Positions 47,000 through 59,362 of a DNA stretch of 64,000 nucleotides are shown here, one piece after another (within the stretch, counting starts at the first letter, position 1; each line of letters begins with the position of its first letter). The DNA is taken from assembly GCA_963727895.1 (NCBI GenBank), contig CAVSHT010000003.1, forward strand, positions 64,001 through 128,000, written 5' to 3'. The notes under the pieces were generated by a model that was not told where the DNA came from, searched no databases, and saw nothing but the letters and a program-made list of their open reading frames with translations. This DNA is from an uncultured Methanosarcinaceae archaeon (GTDB taxonomy: Archaea; Halobacteriota; Methanosarcinia; Methanosarcinales; Methanosarcinaceae). Position numbers and translations under genes: made by a program.

Positions 47000-47259
47000 G
47001 TTTTTCAACCCCCCCTTTCTAAACTTTGGGTTTAATTCCCATTCTCCCGGACTTAGTAACCCGGAGAGCAATTATTGAGAAAGTTTTTCAATAATTTATA
47101 GTCGTCATCTGACGTATCGAAGCTATCGATTGAAGCTTATTTGAGCGTATGCTGGTTATTCAGATCAACTGATTGATTGGGTCAAAGATTCTAATTATAT
47201 TAGATATCTAGCTAAAAAACTAGGAAACCAGCTAATTTCAATATTAGCTTTTTTCAAGC

Positions 47260-47493
47260 TTATTCCCCTTGTTTGATCATTTCTTGAACCATTTGGATGT
47301 TAGCTATAGCCTTTTTCTTTAGCTCGATCATCTTTTCCATATCATTTATTTTTGTTTCTATCCACTGTATTTTCATATCCATCTTCATTACTGTGATTTT
47401 CTTTTTCTGTTCTTCAGTTAAAAATCCCCATATCTCAGATATCGATTCATCATGTATCATTAAATGTGTTCCTGTTGAATGTTCTTTAAACAT
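47260..47493 (-). CDS. Small coiled-coil hypothetical protein
   Basis: 77 aa with GGGGT upstream. Confidence 0.6.
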   Translation of the reverse strand: MFKEHSTGTHLMIHDESISEIWGFLTEEQKKKITVMKMDMKIQWIETKINDMEKMIELKKKAIANIQMVQEMIKQGE

Positions 47494-49173
47494 GTTTAAT
47501 TACCCCTTTATATTAAAAAACAAATTTTAGATAAATCTAGAGAATGTATTTATAGGCCTTTTTAATCTTTTATGGCGTCTGTAAACCTATAAATGTAAAT
47601 CAAGATGAATAGATGATTACAGTAGTCATTTTAACGTTAACAAATTCCTTAACCGAATGCAAATGAAAGGATACTATTAATTTTACTAGCAATTGACTGC
47701 AAGCAAAACAGTAAATATTTTGTTATTTGTTTTAACATTTTATTCACCCATTGTCTTGCTCATGAATTATTGATATGAGAATATTGATATGAGAATTACT
47801 GATTTTATATAATATTAATGAGATATTCTTCTTGCGAAGCTTCTCCAAAGAAAACCGCTTACTTTATTTTCAAGCTTCCTTCTGCGATTTTTGTTGGCCT
47901 GACTTTTTCTTTTGCATCTTCCTTTGTAGTCTCTACTTTCTTAGTATCTATCATATATTATACTCCTTTGTTTGTTTACCTGTATTGTTTTTAAAATGCT
48001 GGCCAACTCAACTTCCAATAAAATTACTATTCCATTAAACGGTAAGTAAAGTTATGATTGGTCACCGAAATACGATGACTCGACAAACTATATTGTATCT
48101 CAGCAATCTATCCTAGATATCTCTAGATCTATATATACATATGGATTCACTAAATATCTTTACATCTAAATATATAGGATTGGTAAATACTATAAACATA
48201 TGGAATGGACATGTATATTTATGTATTTGTTCAAGGAAAATGATCTGTTATAAAAAAGTATTAAAAATGTTCGTATCAAGAGTTGAAGGCCTATTAGGAT
48301 CTGATAATCAATCTCTAAGTTTTGAATATACTTATAGAATTCTTCATCTCAAGGATCACAGCTGCAGGAGTATATAGCAATATTTCTACTTGAAAACGTA
48401 GCTTTCTCCTCATATACGTAAGATATATATGGTTATATATTTACAATATTATTTAATGCCCAAATATATATAATATGGGACCAATATATGTGATTACTAA
48501 AAAACATACTGTTTTAGTATTTTCTGTTTTTCGAGTATTAAAGTACTGAAAAATAACATAAGGAGTATTTATGGATTATTCGATAACATCTAGGCAAAAA
48601 AATTTAGTAATAAAGTCTCTTAATTATATGGAAAGACATAAAAAAATTGATCAGTATTGCAAAGAATATTGCAAAAAGAGCTGGACTAACTTGTCCTTTG
48701 ATGAAGCAAGTAACTTAATCAGGATGCTTGATAAGATGGCTTGGCGATAATTATTTTTAGCTCTTCTGATTTAACCTTGAGGTTAAAACGTTCTACAAAT
48801 TATTCTAAATGCCTACAATGAATTTTATTTATGGTCTTGACACATTTGTATTCTCTTTTCTTAAAATCATTTAGATTCAATTCCAAAGAGACTTTTTGTT
48901 ATTTTTTTGTTTTTATTTCAGGGAGAGCGAGCCTCTCGCAATTAATCTATACTTTTGTTGGCCTGGCTGGAATCTATCTGATAATAAACAAGGTGAAATG
49001 TTTGGCTATGAAAAAGCATGGGCTTACAGAGAAAGAGTACCGGTATGGTGACAAGCAATACAGTTGAAGTGGAATTCAATAAACTATGGAAATCGTCTTC
49101 CATTATCGGGCTTATTTAGAATATGTTCTTGAATAATATGTGCTTGTAACGTCAAGTACATATTAATCTCTTT

Positions 49174-49913
49174 GGTATTGGTAAACAAAAATAGATATAT
49201 ATGCTTATAACATATATTTCTTCATGAACTGCCCAAAATGTAATAGTTCCAGTCACAAAAATAATGGTATAGTTGGCGGGCGTCAACGGTACAAATGCTC
49301 TGATTGTGGCTATAACTATACAGTAGAGCTAAAATCAACTGCTTTTTCCGCTTCTGTAAAAAGACAGGCTTTACAACTCTATCTTGAAGGATTGGGCTTT
49401 CGCTTAATAGGAAGAGTTTTAGGGGTAAGTCATGTTTCTGTCCAAAAATGGATAAAGAAATTTGGTCAGGAGTTAGAGGACCTAAAAAGTGAAAATGAGA
49501 TATCTATTGTTGAAATGGATGAGATGCACACTTACATCGGTAACAAAAAAAATATTGCTGGATCTGGATTGCTATTGATAGAGTTGGAAAAAAGTTCATC
49601 AACTGCTCTTTTGGTGGTAGAGGAACGGAAACTGGAAAACTACTCTGGGAAAAATTGAAGAAAAAAGAGATTGGAGAAGTGATGACCGATCACTGGAGAG
49701 CATATGCAGAGTTTCTTCTAGAAAAGAGTCATACTCAATCAAAAGCAGAAACATTTACAGTTGAGGGATATAACAGCATATTGAGGCATTTTCTAGCAAG
49801 ATTGAGAAGAAAAACAAAGTGTTATACAAAAAGTCTTGAAATGCTAAAGTACTCGGTTATTCTATTGATGAAATAAAGAAATAAAGAGTTAACTATGTTT
49901 AGTTAACAATGCC
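49174..49913 (+). mobile_element. IS1 family element, full length (A8 site; InsB stop at 49876)
   Basis: GGTATTG...CAATGCC; near-identical to 24990-25729; no target duplication. Confidence 0.92.
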
Positions 49914-50135
49914 CGAATTTTGACTACAGGCTTTTTAGAATAAAGCTTATAATATCAAACAATCTTGGAAAAATCAAGTAGATGGTACAGGTTAGTCTCT
50001 TCTACTGTAGCTTTATAAAACCATTTCACTCAAAAATAATAACTATGCTCAAATTAACTAACTTTTTCCAAAATTTCATAACACGTTTTGCTTGAGCTAT
50101 GAGCTTTTCCAAGTAAATCTTAAAAAATAATTCTA

Positions 50136-50975
50136 TTAAATTCCTATTTCGTTGTAAAGTTTTCTCAACATAAGTGCATCTTCTTCCAGAACGGGACTTT
50201 CAATTATAGCCCTTCCTCTAACTTTGAATTCTTTTAAGGCCCTTATAAATTCGGAATAATTAAAATCCGATTCTTTCAGGTTTAGATGTCTCTTTTCCCC
50301 GTTAATGCCATATTCTACTCCTGCGACATGTATATGCATATTTAAAAGTCCTTCTTTTCCAAGACTATTCTCTACTCTTGATAGGATTTCTGTAAATTCG
50401 GAGTAAGAATTTTCGTTTCCTTCCCTCGCATGCAGATGGCAAAAATCAAGGCCGGGCATCACTCCTTCTATTTCTGCACTAAGGGCAAGTACTTCTTCCA
50501 GTGTTCCAAACTGCATACGTTTACCCATAGTTTCAGGGCGTAGAATTGCAGGGATTCCTTCATCCTGAAGTTGTGCGGTAATTTCTTTCAGAGCTTTTGA
50601 TATATTCTCATAAGTAGTCTGCCTACTACTTTTCTGATAAAATCCTGCATGCAGTACAATTGATTCAGCTCCGCAGAGGCTACCTATTCTTGCTGCCTGG
50701 TAAATTCTTTCCAGGCTTGCCTTTAATTTTTCTTCTTCATAAGAATTCAGGTTGATATAATATGGTGCATGGACACTCAGGGATACTTCTTCTTTATTTG
50801 CGGTTTCCAGGACGTTTTCTGCTCCTTTTTCACCCATCCTTACTCCCTGAACAAACTCAAGTTCCATGCAGTCGAGTCCAAGTTCCCGTATCTGTTTGAT
50901 TCCTGAGACACTGCTCGTTCCTTTTGTGCTTCTAGGAATTCCTCCTGTTCCAAAAAGCAATTTTTGTGAGGGCAT
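50136..50975 (-). CDS. Endonuclease IV-like TIM-barrel protein
   Basis: HAPYYINL, ETMGK..QFG, DFCHLHAR, HIH, IIESP. Confidence 0.9.
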   Translation of the reverse strand: MPSQKLLFGTGGIPRSTKGTSSVSGIKQIRELGLDCMELEFVQGVRMGEKGAENVLETANKEEVSLSVHAPYYINLNSYEEEKLKASLERIYQAARIGSLCGAESIVLHAGFYQKSSRQTTYENISKALKEITAQLQDEGIPAILRPETMGKRMQFGTLEEVLALSAEIEGVMPGLDFCHLHAREGNENSYSEFTEILSRVENSLGKEGLLNMHIHVAGVEYGINGEKRHLNLKESDFNYSEFIRALKEFKVRGRAIIESPVLEEDALMLRKLYNEIGI

Positions 50976-50989
50976 TTTTATGTGTCCTT

Positions 50990-51322
50990 TCAGAAAATTC
51001 CCACGAAATCCTTTAGCTGCTTTGCTCTTTCAGGAGACAGCCTTTCAGAAACCACTGCAACCAGCTCTTCCAGGTCTTCGTCCAGGGATTGGACATCCTC
51101 TTTTCCTTCCAGCGCAAGTCCTACAAGGTAATCAAGTTCTTCAGGGTCTAACCTTTCCAGTCTCTTTCTGAAATCTTCAGATGACTCGGCAAACTTATGT
51201 GAGACTGGGCGTAGAATAAAGGAAAACTGATGTCCTGCTCCTTTGGAAATTAAGCTTCCTCCAGCTTCGGGAACAAGTTTGTTAAAAATCTCAATATCCT
51301 TCGGTGTAAATTCTCTGGGCAT
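50990..51322 (-). CDS. Hypothetical protein
   Basis: 110-aa ORF in operon context. Confidence 0.75.
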   Translation of the reverse strand: MPREFTPKDIEIFNKLVPEAGGSLISKGAGHQFSFILRPVSHKFAESSEDFRKRLERLDPEELDYLVGLALEGKEDVQSLDEDLEELVAVVSERLSPERAKQLKDFVGIF

Positions 51323-51394
51323 ACTATCACTTTATGTTTCTGTCCTGACTTATAACCTGCTTAAATACTAAAAAGTCTTGGATTAGAAGATGGC

Positions 51395-51865
51395 TTAATG
51401 CTCAATATTTTTTTTCAGGTTGCCGTGCCTGTCAATTTCCCCATTTGCAATCCTTGTTGAGGAAATAGGGATTCCATCTTCTGCCATTACGTATTCAACG
51501 TATACGATTTTCAGGGGATGTTTCCTTTTTTCATCTCTGATGCGGTTAATTTTAAGGGCAACAGGATAAGTTTCAGGAGAAACGATTATAACGTCGAAGT
51601 CCTCTTCAAGACTAGGACCATAAGGGTCATTCAGCTTTGTAATTTCATATTTATCATCTGAAATTCCCTTTTTATTAATACATTGAAGCAGCCCGTTTCT
51701 CCTTTTTTCATAATTATCAACGCTATGACTTTTACTTAGCATCTCATCCGAGGTAAGTCCTATATAGACCTTTCCATCCTCTGCCATTTCAAATGCTTTT
51801 TCAATTAGTTTGGCGTGGCCATCATGAAAATACTGAAACGTACCGCCTACTGCGACCTTTGGCAT
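51395..51865 (-). CDS. coaD: Phosphopantetheine adenylyltransferase (archaeal)
   Basis: VGGTF..FHDGH, GLTSD, IVSPET, ISSTRI. Confidence 0.92.
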   Translation of the reverse strand: MPKVAVGGTFQYFHDGHAKLIEKAFEMAEDGKVYIGLTSDEMLSKSHSVDNYEKRRNGLLQCINKKGISDDKYEITKLNDPYGPSLEEDFDVIIVSPETYPVALKINRIRDEKRKHPLKIVYVEYVMAEDGIPISSTRIANGEIDRHGNLKKNIEH

Positions 51866-52148
51866 GATGGGTGATAATCTGCTAAGTAAAAAGAATTTTT
51901 GGTTTTTTCCGGATATTTGGAAATTTTTATTGTTTTTTCACTTCTCTCTCTTCTTTTTTCTAATGTAAACACTAACATAAATTTTCTAATTTTTCCTCTA
52001 TTTTTCTATTTTCCAACAATATAAATGTGCTTTATAGCTGCTTTAAAATACTTTCACCCTACCTACTCTAGCTATATATACCTGTAAAACTATTTTGGAG
52101 CAACTGTTATGCACCTTACAAAAACATGTGCATCTAGGAGAAGTTGTA

Positions 52149-53126
52149 ATGAGCGAAATAACACTCGAAGAGTTGCCCGGAGTTGGCCCTGCAACCGCAG
52201 AAAAACTCAAAGAAGCCGGATTTAATACCATTGAAGCAGTGGCTGTAGCCTCTCCTTCTGAACTTGCAAATACAGCCGAAATAGGGGAATCAACGGCTGC
52301 AAAAATCATTAATGCTGCAAGGCAAGCTGCTGATATTGGGGGCTTTGAGACCGGAGATGTCGTGCTTGAAAGGCGGAAAATGGTAGGCAAGCTGACTACC
52401 GGTTGTACGGAGTTTGATGAAATGATGGGTGGGGGTATAGAAACCCAGGCAATTACTGAACTGTACGGAGAATTCGGTTCCGGGAAAACCCAGCTGGCCC
52501 ACCAGCTTGCAGTCAATGTTCAGATGGACAGAGAGCACGGTGGACTTGATGGTTCAGTTATCATCATAGATACTGAAAACACTTTCAGACCTGAAAGAAT
52601 TGACCAGATGGTAAAAGGGCTTTCCGATAAGTATGGCATGGAACTTGATCCTGAAGAGTTCCTCCAAAATATCCATGTCGCCAGAGCATATAATTCCAAT
52701 CATCAAATACTTCTTGTGGAATCTGCAACAGACTTGGCAAACGAGCTTCAGGATATGGGTAAACCCGTTCGTCTGCTGATTGTTGACTCTCTTATGGCTC
52801 ACTTCAGGGCTGAGTATGTAGGAAGGGGGACCCTTGCCGATAGGCAGCAGAAACTCAACAAGCATATGCATGGCCTTCTCCGCTTCGGGGACTTATTTAA
52901 TGCCTGTGTAGTTGTAACAAATCAGGTCATGTCAAAACCTGATGCCTTCTTTGGTGACCCAACAAGGCCTGTTGGAGGACACATAGTCGGGCATACAGCA
53001 ACCTTCAGACTCTATCTGCGGAAATCCAAAGGAGATAAAAGGATTGTACGTCTGGTTGATTCTCCTAACCTTCCTGAAGGAGAAGCTGTTATTGCAGTCA
53101 CTACAGCCGGACTGACAGATCAGTGA
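52149..53126 (+). CDS. radA: DNA repair and recombination protein RadA
   Basis: LEELPGVGP Hh[26 protein letters not shown] 52149 after AGGAG. Confidence 0.97.
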   Translation: MSEITLEELPGVGPATAEKLKEAGFNTIEAVAVASPSELANTAEIGESTAAKIINAARQAADIGGFETGDVVLERRKMVGKLTTGCTEFDEMMGGGIETQAITELYGEFGSGKTQLAHQLAVNVQMDREHGGLDGSVIIIDTENTFRPERIDQMVKGLSDKYGMELDPEEFLQNIHVARAYNSNHQILLVESATDLANELQDMGKPVRLLIVDSLMAHFRAEYVGRGTLADRQQKLNKHMHGLLRFGDLFNACVVVTNQVMSKPDAFFGDPTRPVGGHIVGHTATFRLYLRKSKGDKRIVRLVDSPNLPEGEAVIAVTTAGLTDQ

Positions 53127-53270
53127 AAGTAAGGATTGAGCTATAGTGATATTAAGGCGATTTGTTAACAAATGTGTTAATGAAAACTTACTGTCATAAA
53201 TCTATTAACTATAAACATATTCAAAGCTAGGTAAGGAAACGTTTTATCTATCCTTACTCAATCTTTTTTA

Positions 53271-53951
53271 ATGAAATTCAAAGCTATTGTTGCTGATATT
53301 GATGGGACAATCACCTGTGAGAAAAGGGAACTTCATCTGGGGGCCATGAAAAAGATCCGTTCTCTTAAAGTTCCAGTCGTGCTTGCCACAGGAAATACTC
53401 TATGCTATGCAAGAACAGCGTCAAGGCTTATTGGTCTGGATGGAGCTATAATCGCAGAAAATGGAGGGGCTATTACAGTCCGTTTTGATTTGCAGGGCAC
53501 TTTTGAAGAAAGCCTGGAAGAATGTGAAAAAGCCTATTCTTCTCTTTCTCAATATTTCGAGCTCACTAAACTGGATCCTCAATACCGGAGGACCGAAATT
53601 GCTCTTAGAAGGGATTTCGACCTCCAAAAAGCTAGAAATCTCCTTGAAACCCAGTTTTCCAACGTTGAAATGGTTGATACCAAATATGCTATTCATCTCA
53701 AAAGCAAGAAGATCAACAAAGGAGTAGGCCTTCTGAAGCTTGCAAGCCTTATGGGAATAAAAGCCAAAGATTTTGTGGCTATAGGAGATTCCGCAAACGA
53801 CGTTGAAATGTTTAAGGTATCAGGTTTCGGGATTGCTGTTGGAAACGGAGACGAAAAAATAAAGGAAGCTGCAGATTATGTAACAAACGCTTCCTTTGGA
53901 GACGGAGCCATTGAAGCCTTGGAATTTCTCGAATCAAATGACTGGATTTAA
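53271..53951 (+). CDS. HAD phosphoglycolate phosphatase (archaeal type)
   Basis: DIDGT, ATGN, NKG, GDSAND. Confidence 0.9.
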   Translation: MKFKAIVADIDGTITCEKRELHLGAMKKIRSLKVPVVLATGNTLCYARTASRLIGLDGAIIAENGGAITVRFDLQGTFEESLEECEKAYSSLSQYFELTKLDPQYRRTEIALRRDFDLQKARNLLETQFSNVEMVDTKYAIHLKSKKINKGVGLLKLASLMGIKAKDFVAIGDSANDVEMFKVSGFGIAVGNGDEKIKEAADYVTNASFGDGAIEALEFLESNDWI

Positions 53952-54496
53952 AGAAACCATTGAAAAAAATAAATACTCTATATTTTCATATAATTGACGC
54001 ATTTGTTCCAAAACTTAAAATGTACTTTTTGAATCTCATTTTTGAAATAATCAGTTGAGCTTTAATCAAGAAAATAACTCTTGAACTCTTATGAACTGTG
54101 GCATAAAAGTTGTTTTTGGAACAATTTTCCATATAAACAAATTTTTTATTTAACAGTTTATGATGACTTCTCTACTCTTTTTATTTATTAAAACACTTTC
54201 TTTTTTTATATAAATAGGTTCCTCTTTTATATAAGCTCAAAATAGAAATAATTATATATTATTAACTAGGAAATAGGATTCTGTATATCAACCTGTAATT
54301 GAAGAGAGATGTCAGGAAATGATTACAAAAGTAGATTTTGATCACAAATTGTCAGGTAACAGACGATGTCAGAGACCTTTCACAAAAAATTCTTAATATC
54401 AGGTGGGATGATAAAATGAGTTATATATAATATTTTTTTGAAAAGTAGGCTGCACCTGCCTTTTATAAATCAAAGTATCTACGAGAGGTGTTGCTT

Positions 54497-55996
54497 GTGA
54501 GTGGAAAAGGTAGTGGTTCAGGAGTCGATTGGGAACATGGTCCTCAGTGCAGTAAGGTGATATGTGAAGCAAAAAAACTGGAAAGGACAATTGATTGGAA
54601 ACAGGGGCTTGCAATCGCTCTCAGTGTCCCATTATTGATCCTTCCTTCCATAGGCTACCTTACTAATTATGTTTGGGCTTTTTCAATAGTAGTCTGGGGC
54701 TTAACTGTCCTTCTGGGTTTTTTCCAGAATATTTCATTCGGAGAACTTGCAACTGTTTTACCAAAATCTTCAGGGTTGCCAGGTTATACCCAGATTGTCT
54801 TTGGCTCTAATACTGGTGAAAACAAGAGTGAAAAATCCAGGTTGATGGGAAAATTCATAGGAGGTTTCAGTGCTTGGAGCTACTGGTTAGGCTGGAGCCC
54901 AGTAATTGGAATCTATGCGATCCTTATCGGGACGTATTTACATGGGATGCTCCCAATCTTTAGTGCTATTCCTCAGACTCTTTTTAACTTAGCAGTCGGA
55001 GCGCTAGTGTTTGGGTTTATGATCATTATAAACTCCAAAGGACTTAAAAATGGAGCTACTCTTGGTTATATTCTTGCTGTAGTATCTCTATTGCCATTGG
55101 TTATTATCACCCTTGCTCCATTCTTTACTGGAGACTTCCACCTTACAAACATTACCGGGGCTTGGCTGCCACAGGACTGGAACTGGGACCTGAAGCATAT
55201 CTTAATTATTCTCGGGCTTTTTGCAATGGCTGAATGGAGTGCTGTTGCCTGGGAAAGTGCAGCAATATTTGGGCCAGAATATAAGAATCCAAATACCGAT
55301 ACGCCAAAAGCTCTGCTGGTCTGCGGCCTAATTTGCCTTGTACTCTATGTGCTTGTCCAGACTTCGGTTATAGGAGCTCTTGGAGTTAAAGGCGTACTTG
55401 CAGACCCTGTTTCCCCCATGCTTCCTCTTGCAAAGCTTTCTTTAGGTTCTGTTGGAGGTTCGATTGCAATTCTCATGCTGGTTGCAGCTATGGTCCTTAT
55501 TATTCAGACTGCTTTCCTGTCCTCTGCAAGGTCGATCTACTCAATGGCAATTGAAGGCAACCTGCCATCTGTCTTTGGAAAACTGAACGCTAACGGAAAC
55601 CCTGTAAATGCAATGATCGCAGATGGGCTCTTTAATATGTTCTTGATATTTCTTGGGAGTCCTACTGCAATTCTCTCAGCTTCTGCAGTTGGGTACATTG
55701 TAGCAAATGGAATGAGTCTCTTCGCTTACGTAAAATCGAAAAAGGACCCTGAATTTTCAAAACTGGAAAGGCCATTCAAGGCTCCTCACGGCTGGACTGA
55801 GATAGCTTTTGCAACCGGAATTCTGAACATTCCTCTCTTCCTGATTGGGATTATATATATCAGCACTCAGGAAAGCGGATGGATTGCCACAGCGGTTGGT
55901 TTTGTTGTGCTTCTCCTGTATGTACCTATCTGGATGCACTTACAAAACGAATCAAAAATCGAAAAGAAAAATGAAGCCGTCCTTGTTGCAGACTAA
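54497..55996 (+). CDS. APC family amino acid/amine permease
   Basis: LERTIDWKQGLAIA, about 12 TMs, WESAA..GPEYKNP..DT. Confidence 0.9.
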   Translation: MSGKGSGSGVDWEHGPQCSKVICEAKKLERTIDWKQGLAIALSVPLLILPSIGYLTNYVWAFSIVVWGLTVLLGFFQNISFGELATVLPKSSGLPGYTQIVFGSNTGENKSEKSRLMGKFIGGFSAWSYWLGWSPVIGIYAILIGTYLHGMLPIFSAIPQTLFNLAVGALVFGFMIIINSKGLKNGATLGYILAVVSLLPLVIITLAPFFTGDFHLTNITGAWLPQDWNWDLKHILIILGLFAMAEWSAVAWESAAIFGPEYKNPNTDTPKALLVCGLICLVLYVLVQTSVIGALGVKGVLADPVSPMLPLAKLSLGSVGGSIAILMLVAAMVLIIQTAFLSSARSIYSMAIEGNLPSVFGKLNANGNPVNAMIADGLFNMFLIFLGSPTAILSASAVGYIVANGMSLFAYVKSKKDPEFSKLERPFKAPHGWTEIAFATGILNIPLFLIGIIYISTQESGWIATAVGFVVLLLYVPIWMHLQNESKIEKKNEAVLVAD

Positions 55997-56239
55997 GTTC
56001 TGTTATTGTGACAGCTATTGTGGCTTGAAATTCCAGAAGATAGAATCATTTAAGGTTCTATCTTTTTCCCTAATTGCAAGTATTCCACAAAGGTCACAAA
56101 CAAAAATTTATAATTCCGATATTGTCTTATTTTCAGGATACTCTCAATATTAAGCTCAAAATAGATCTTTCAGTCCAAGATCCCATTGATCCCATAATTC
56201 TTTCATATCTTTGCTTTTCTTTAATATTTCAACAACAGT

Positions 56240-56763
56240 CTAATTAGGCTTTGCAAAAATTATGGGACTATCTTTTTCCCCAAGCTCGTTATTAACTTTC
56301 TTGGAAATCTTTTCTTCGTATATGGAAAATTGGGCATCATGGCATGGCTTGTTACCTCTTGCATCTAATCTTATCCATTTGTCCAGATCTTTTAAGTATA
56401 CCGCATTTAAACCGTGCAAGAATTTTATGTTAGCGTCGCGACTTGAAGAAAGTTTCTGATAACAGAACCCAGCAGGTATTCCAAAATATCTCAACATGGC
56501 TGCAAACAGATGGGTTTTAGCACAGCATATTCCGTGACCAGCTTCTAAAACCTCTGATGCCGTGCATGTAACTCTCATTTCTCCTATATCACCTGAATGA
56601 TGAATCTCATCCCGAACAAACTCGTAAATCTTTTTAATCAAACTGATTTCGTCTTCAGTTCCTTCTTTTAATTCAAGGCACTTATCAACAATCAGCTTGT
56701 TATTATAGTCTATGACTTCACTTTTTTGAGGTAATCTTGAAGATTATTGCTTTCAGTATACAT
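56240..56763 (-). pseudogene. Transglutaminase-like protein, frameshifted in an A-run near 56725
   Basis: GICCAKTHL, HGLN, WIRLDARG; N-terminal MYTESNNLQDYLKK lies in another frame. Confidence 0.75.
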
Positions 56764-57172
56764 TTTACTCACTAGTAGTAAGTAATCTAAAGTCTTTACT
56801 ATATGAAATTTAAGTCTAATAAGTTTTATTAATACTCTTTTTTTAGGATGTTCTATTAACTCTGAGGAAATTAGTGTCATCTATGTTTTTATTTCGTCAA
56901 AAAAACATATTTATATATTATACTTCTTTGTTTCTTTTGTTATTATATATTTTCCAATTTTTAATTATATTTTCTTACTCTTTTGACAAAAAGTATTAAA
57001 TATTAATAAGTAATACCATTATCGTGATAATATGAACTAGTATCATTATCGATAATAATACTAACTAAAAATTTGACTTCCTTCTGAAAGTTTTAAAGAT
57101 TATTGATTCCTGTATAGAAGGAAGATTTTGTTAAATGCTAAGGAGAGTAAACAAAAGTAAAGAAGGAATATT

Positions 57173-57418
57173 ATGGAAACTGAAAGTAAAAGCAGATTTG
57201 TTGCCGAACTTCCTATAGAAACCCAGAAAATATTACAGAATACAGAGTATCCTGTACAAAGGAACGGCATTATTGAACAAGCAAGGAAGAATGGAGCTAC
57301 TCCTGACATACTGGTGGAACTTGGAATGCTTCCAGACCAAAAATACGATAGTGCTGAGAATGTTGCTAGGGAACTTCATATTATTTACATGGGAATCCCT
57401 GCCGAAGTCCCCGCCTAA
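57173..57418 (+). CDS. DUF2795-like small protein
   Basis: L...EYP.....I.QARKNGA......L..LP...Y.S...V. Confidence 0.8.
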   Translation: METESKSRFVAELPIETQKILQNTEYPVQRNGIIEQARKNGATPDILVELGMLPDQKYDSAENVARELHIIYMGIPAEVPA

Positions 57419-57622
57419 AAAACTTAATTTATTTTTCATTTTTTTGTTTGAATACCCTTCAGCAAGTAACAGTGTATTTATCTGAAACAAATTATTCAAT
57501 AGAAGAGAGCATATTCTCAAAAATCGTAAGGTTTTTGAGAACCTCAAGTCTTTCCTTTATTCTTCTGTAAAAAAATCAGATTGAAAACAACAATTTTCAT
57601 CTCATCACTCGAAAGTGATTTT

Positions 57623-57994
57623 TTAAATTTCCCAGTAAGGATGAACTGTATACTGTTCATATACTCTAGTTAAATCATCACGAGTTAAAATCCACACGTC
57701 GTCACCCAAGCCTTCTGACGTTTCGAATGCTCCTTTCTCAACTCTAAGGATATAATCGCCTCGACTTGCTTCAAGAGCTTCCCAGGGAATGGCAAATAAT
57801 TTACAGGACATACCTAGAAAACAATCACAAGCAAGTACTACGTATGCTATTCTTCCCCTTTCAGAGTCAATCATTACTTCTTCAATCTTTCCGAGTTCTT
57901 CATCTTTAACAGTTAAGACCTTAGATCCTTTTATTTCAGTTGCCGGCACAAAAGTCATGTTCTTAACTACTTGCAATTCTTCATCTATTTCCAT
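57623..57994 (-). CDS. PRC-barrel domain protein
   Basis: G.KV....EELGKIEEVMID...GRIAYVVL...FAIPWEAL. Confidence 0.88.
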   Translation of the reverse strand: MEIDEELQVVKNMTFVPATEIKGSKVLTVKDEELGKIEEVMIDSERGRIAYVVLACDCFLGMSCKLFAIPWEALEASRGDYILRVEKGAFETSEGLGDDVWILTRDDLTRVYEQYTVHPYWEI

Positions 57995-58825
57995 ATACCT
58001 CAACCCCCAATGTATTACTTATTTCTTCTAGTTATCTCTTTCAAAAGTACAGAGAAACGTTACGTTCTTTCAGCCTGCTCCGTCCCCATTTCAGACTTAA
58101 GCATGTAAGTTTCCTTTCATGGTCCCTCCCATGAGAGATCCCATTAATAAAGAATTCATTATAATATACATTCCTTACGTACTTGAGGTTATGACTCCCA
58201 GTAACTAAAAGATGAGCAAGAGAACATCTATAAATATAACTCAAAGTAACCCGAACTGTTACATACTGGTTTAGAGTTAGAGATTACCGAGTGTTTATCA
58301 AATTGATGAAGCAGAAAATGAAATGTACGTTTTCGAGATTTTAACTGCTGAACAAGCATATAAGAAGTATGGAAGAATATGGACTACTTCTTGCTTCAAA
58401 ACCAATAACATACAGACTAGAAATTATTTAGCCGACGACCATTGAATTAGAAGATATTTTATCTCCACCATTTACTATTGTCTATGTGCTATTTATCTAA
58501 TACAAAACACTACTTTTTTATTGGGCATATAGGCATATATAAAATTCAACCAAAACCTCAAAGACTACTCTTAAATTTTTTATATATATTTTCATTTATT
58601 TTGATACGGTGATAGTATTCCCAATATACAAACAGACACTAGAATCACACAAGAATTATTTGAGCAGCGCAAAGAAGGTTTAGGTAGGTTTTCTTCACTC
58701 CTAAATGTCTTACTTGTAATAGTTGGATTTTATTATACAATTCTGAATTTTACAATAGAAAAAATAACAACTAATGAAAATAGTATTACATTAGTAACTG
58801 ATATTAAGGATTCAAATCTTATTTT

Positions 58826-59357
58826 GGTATTGATAATCAAATTTCGCTCAATAGGAAGAGTTTTAGGGGTGAGTCATGTTTCTGTCCAAAAATGGATAAA
58901 GAAATTTGGTCAGGAGTTAGAGGACCTAAAAAGTGAAAATGAGATATCTATTGTTGAAATGGATGAGATGCACACTTACATCGGTAACAAAAAAAATATT
59001 GCTGGATCTGGATTGCTGTTGATAGAGTTGGGAAAAAGTTTATCAACTGCTCTTTTGATAGCAGAGGAACGGAAACTGGAAAACTACTCTGGGAAAAAGT
59101 GAAGAAAAAATAGATTGGAGAAGTGATGACAGATCACTGGAGGGCATATGCAGAGTTTCTTCCAGAAAAGAGTCATACTCAATCAAAAGCAAAAACGTAT
59201 ACTGTTGAAGGATATAACAGCATATTGAGGCATTTCCTGGCAAGGTTGAGAAGAAAAACAAAGTGTTATAAAAAAAGTCTTGAAATGCTAAAGTACTCGG
59301 TTATTCTATTGATGAAATACAGAAATAAAGAACTAGATATATTTAGTTAACAATACC
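58826..59357 (+). mobile_element. IS1 internal-deletion derivative
   Basis: Left TIR GGTATTGATA joined directly to mid-InsA; right TIR CAATACC; TAG in InsB. Confidence 0.88.
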
Positions 59358-59362
59358 ATATT

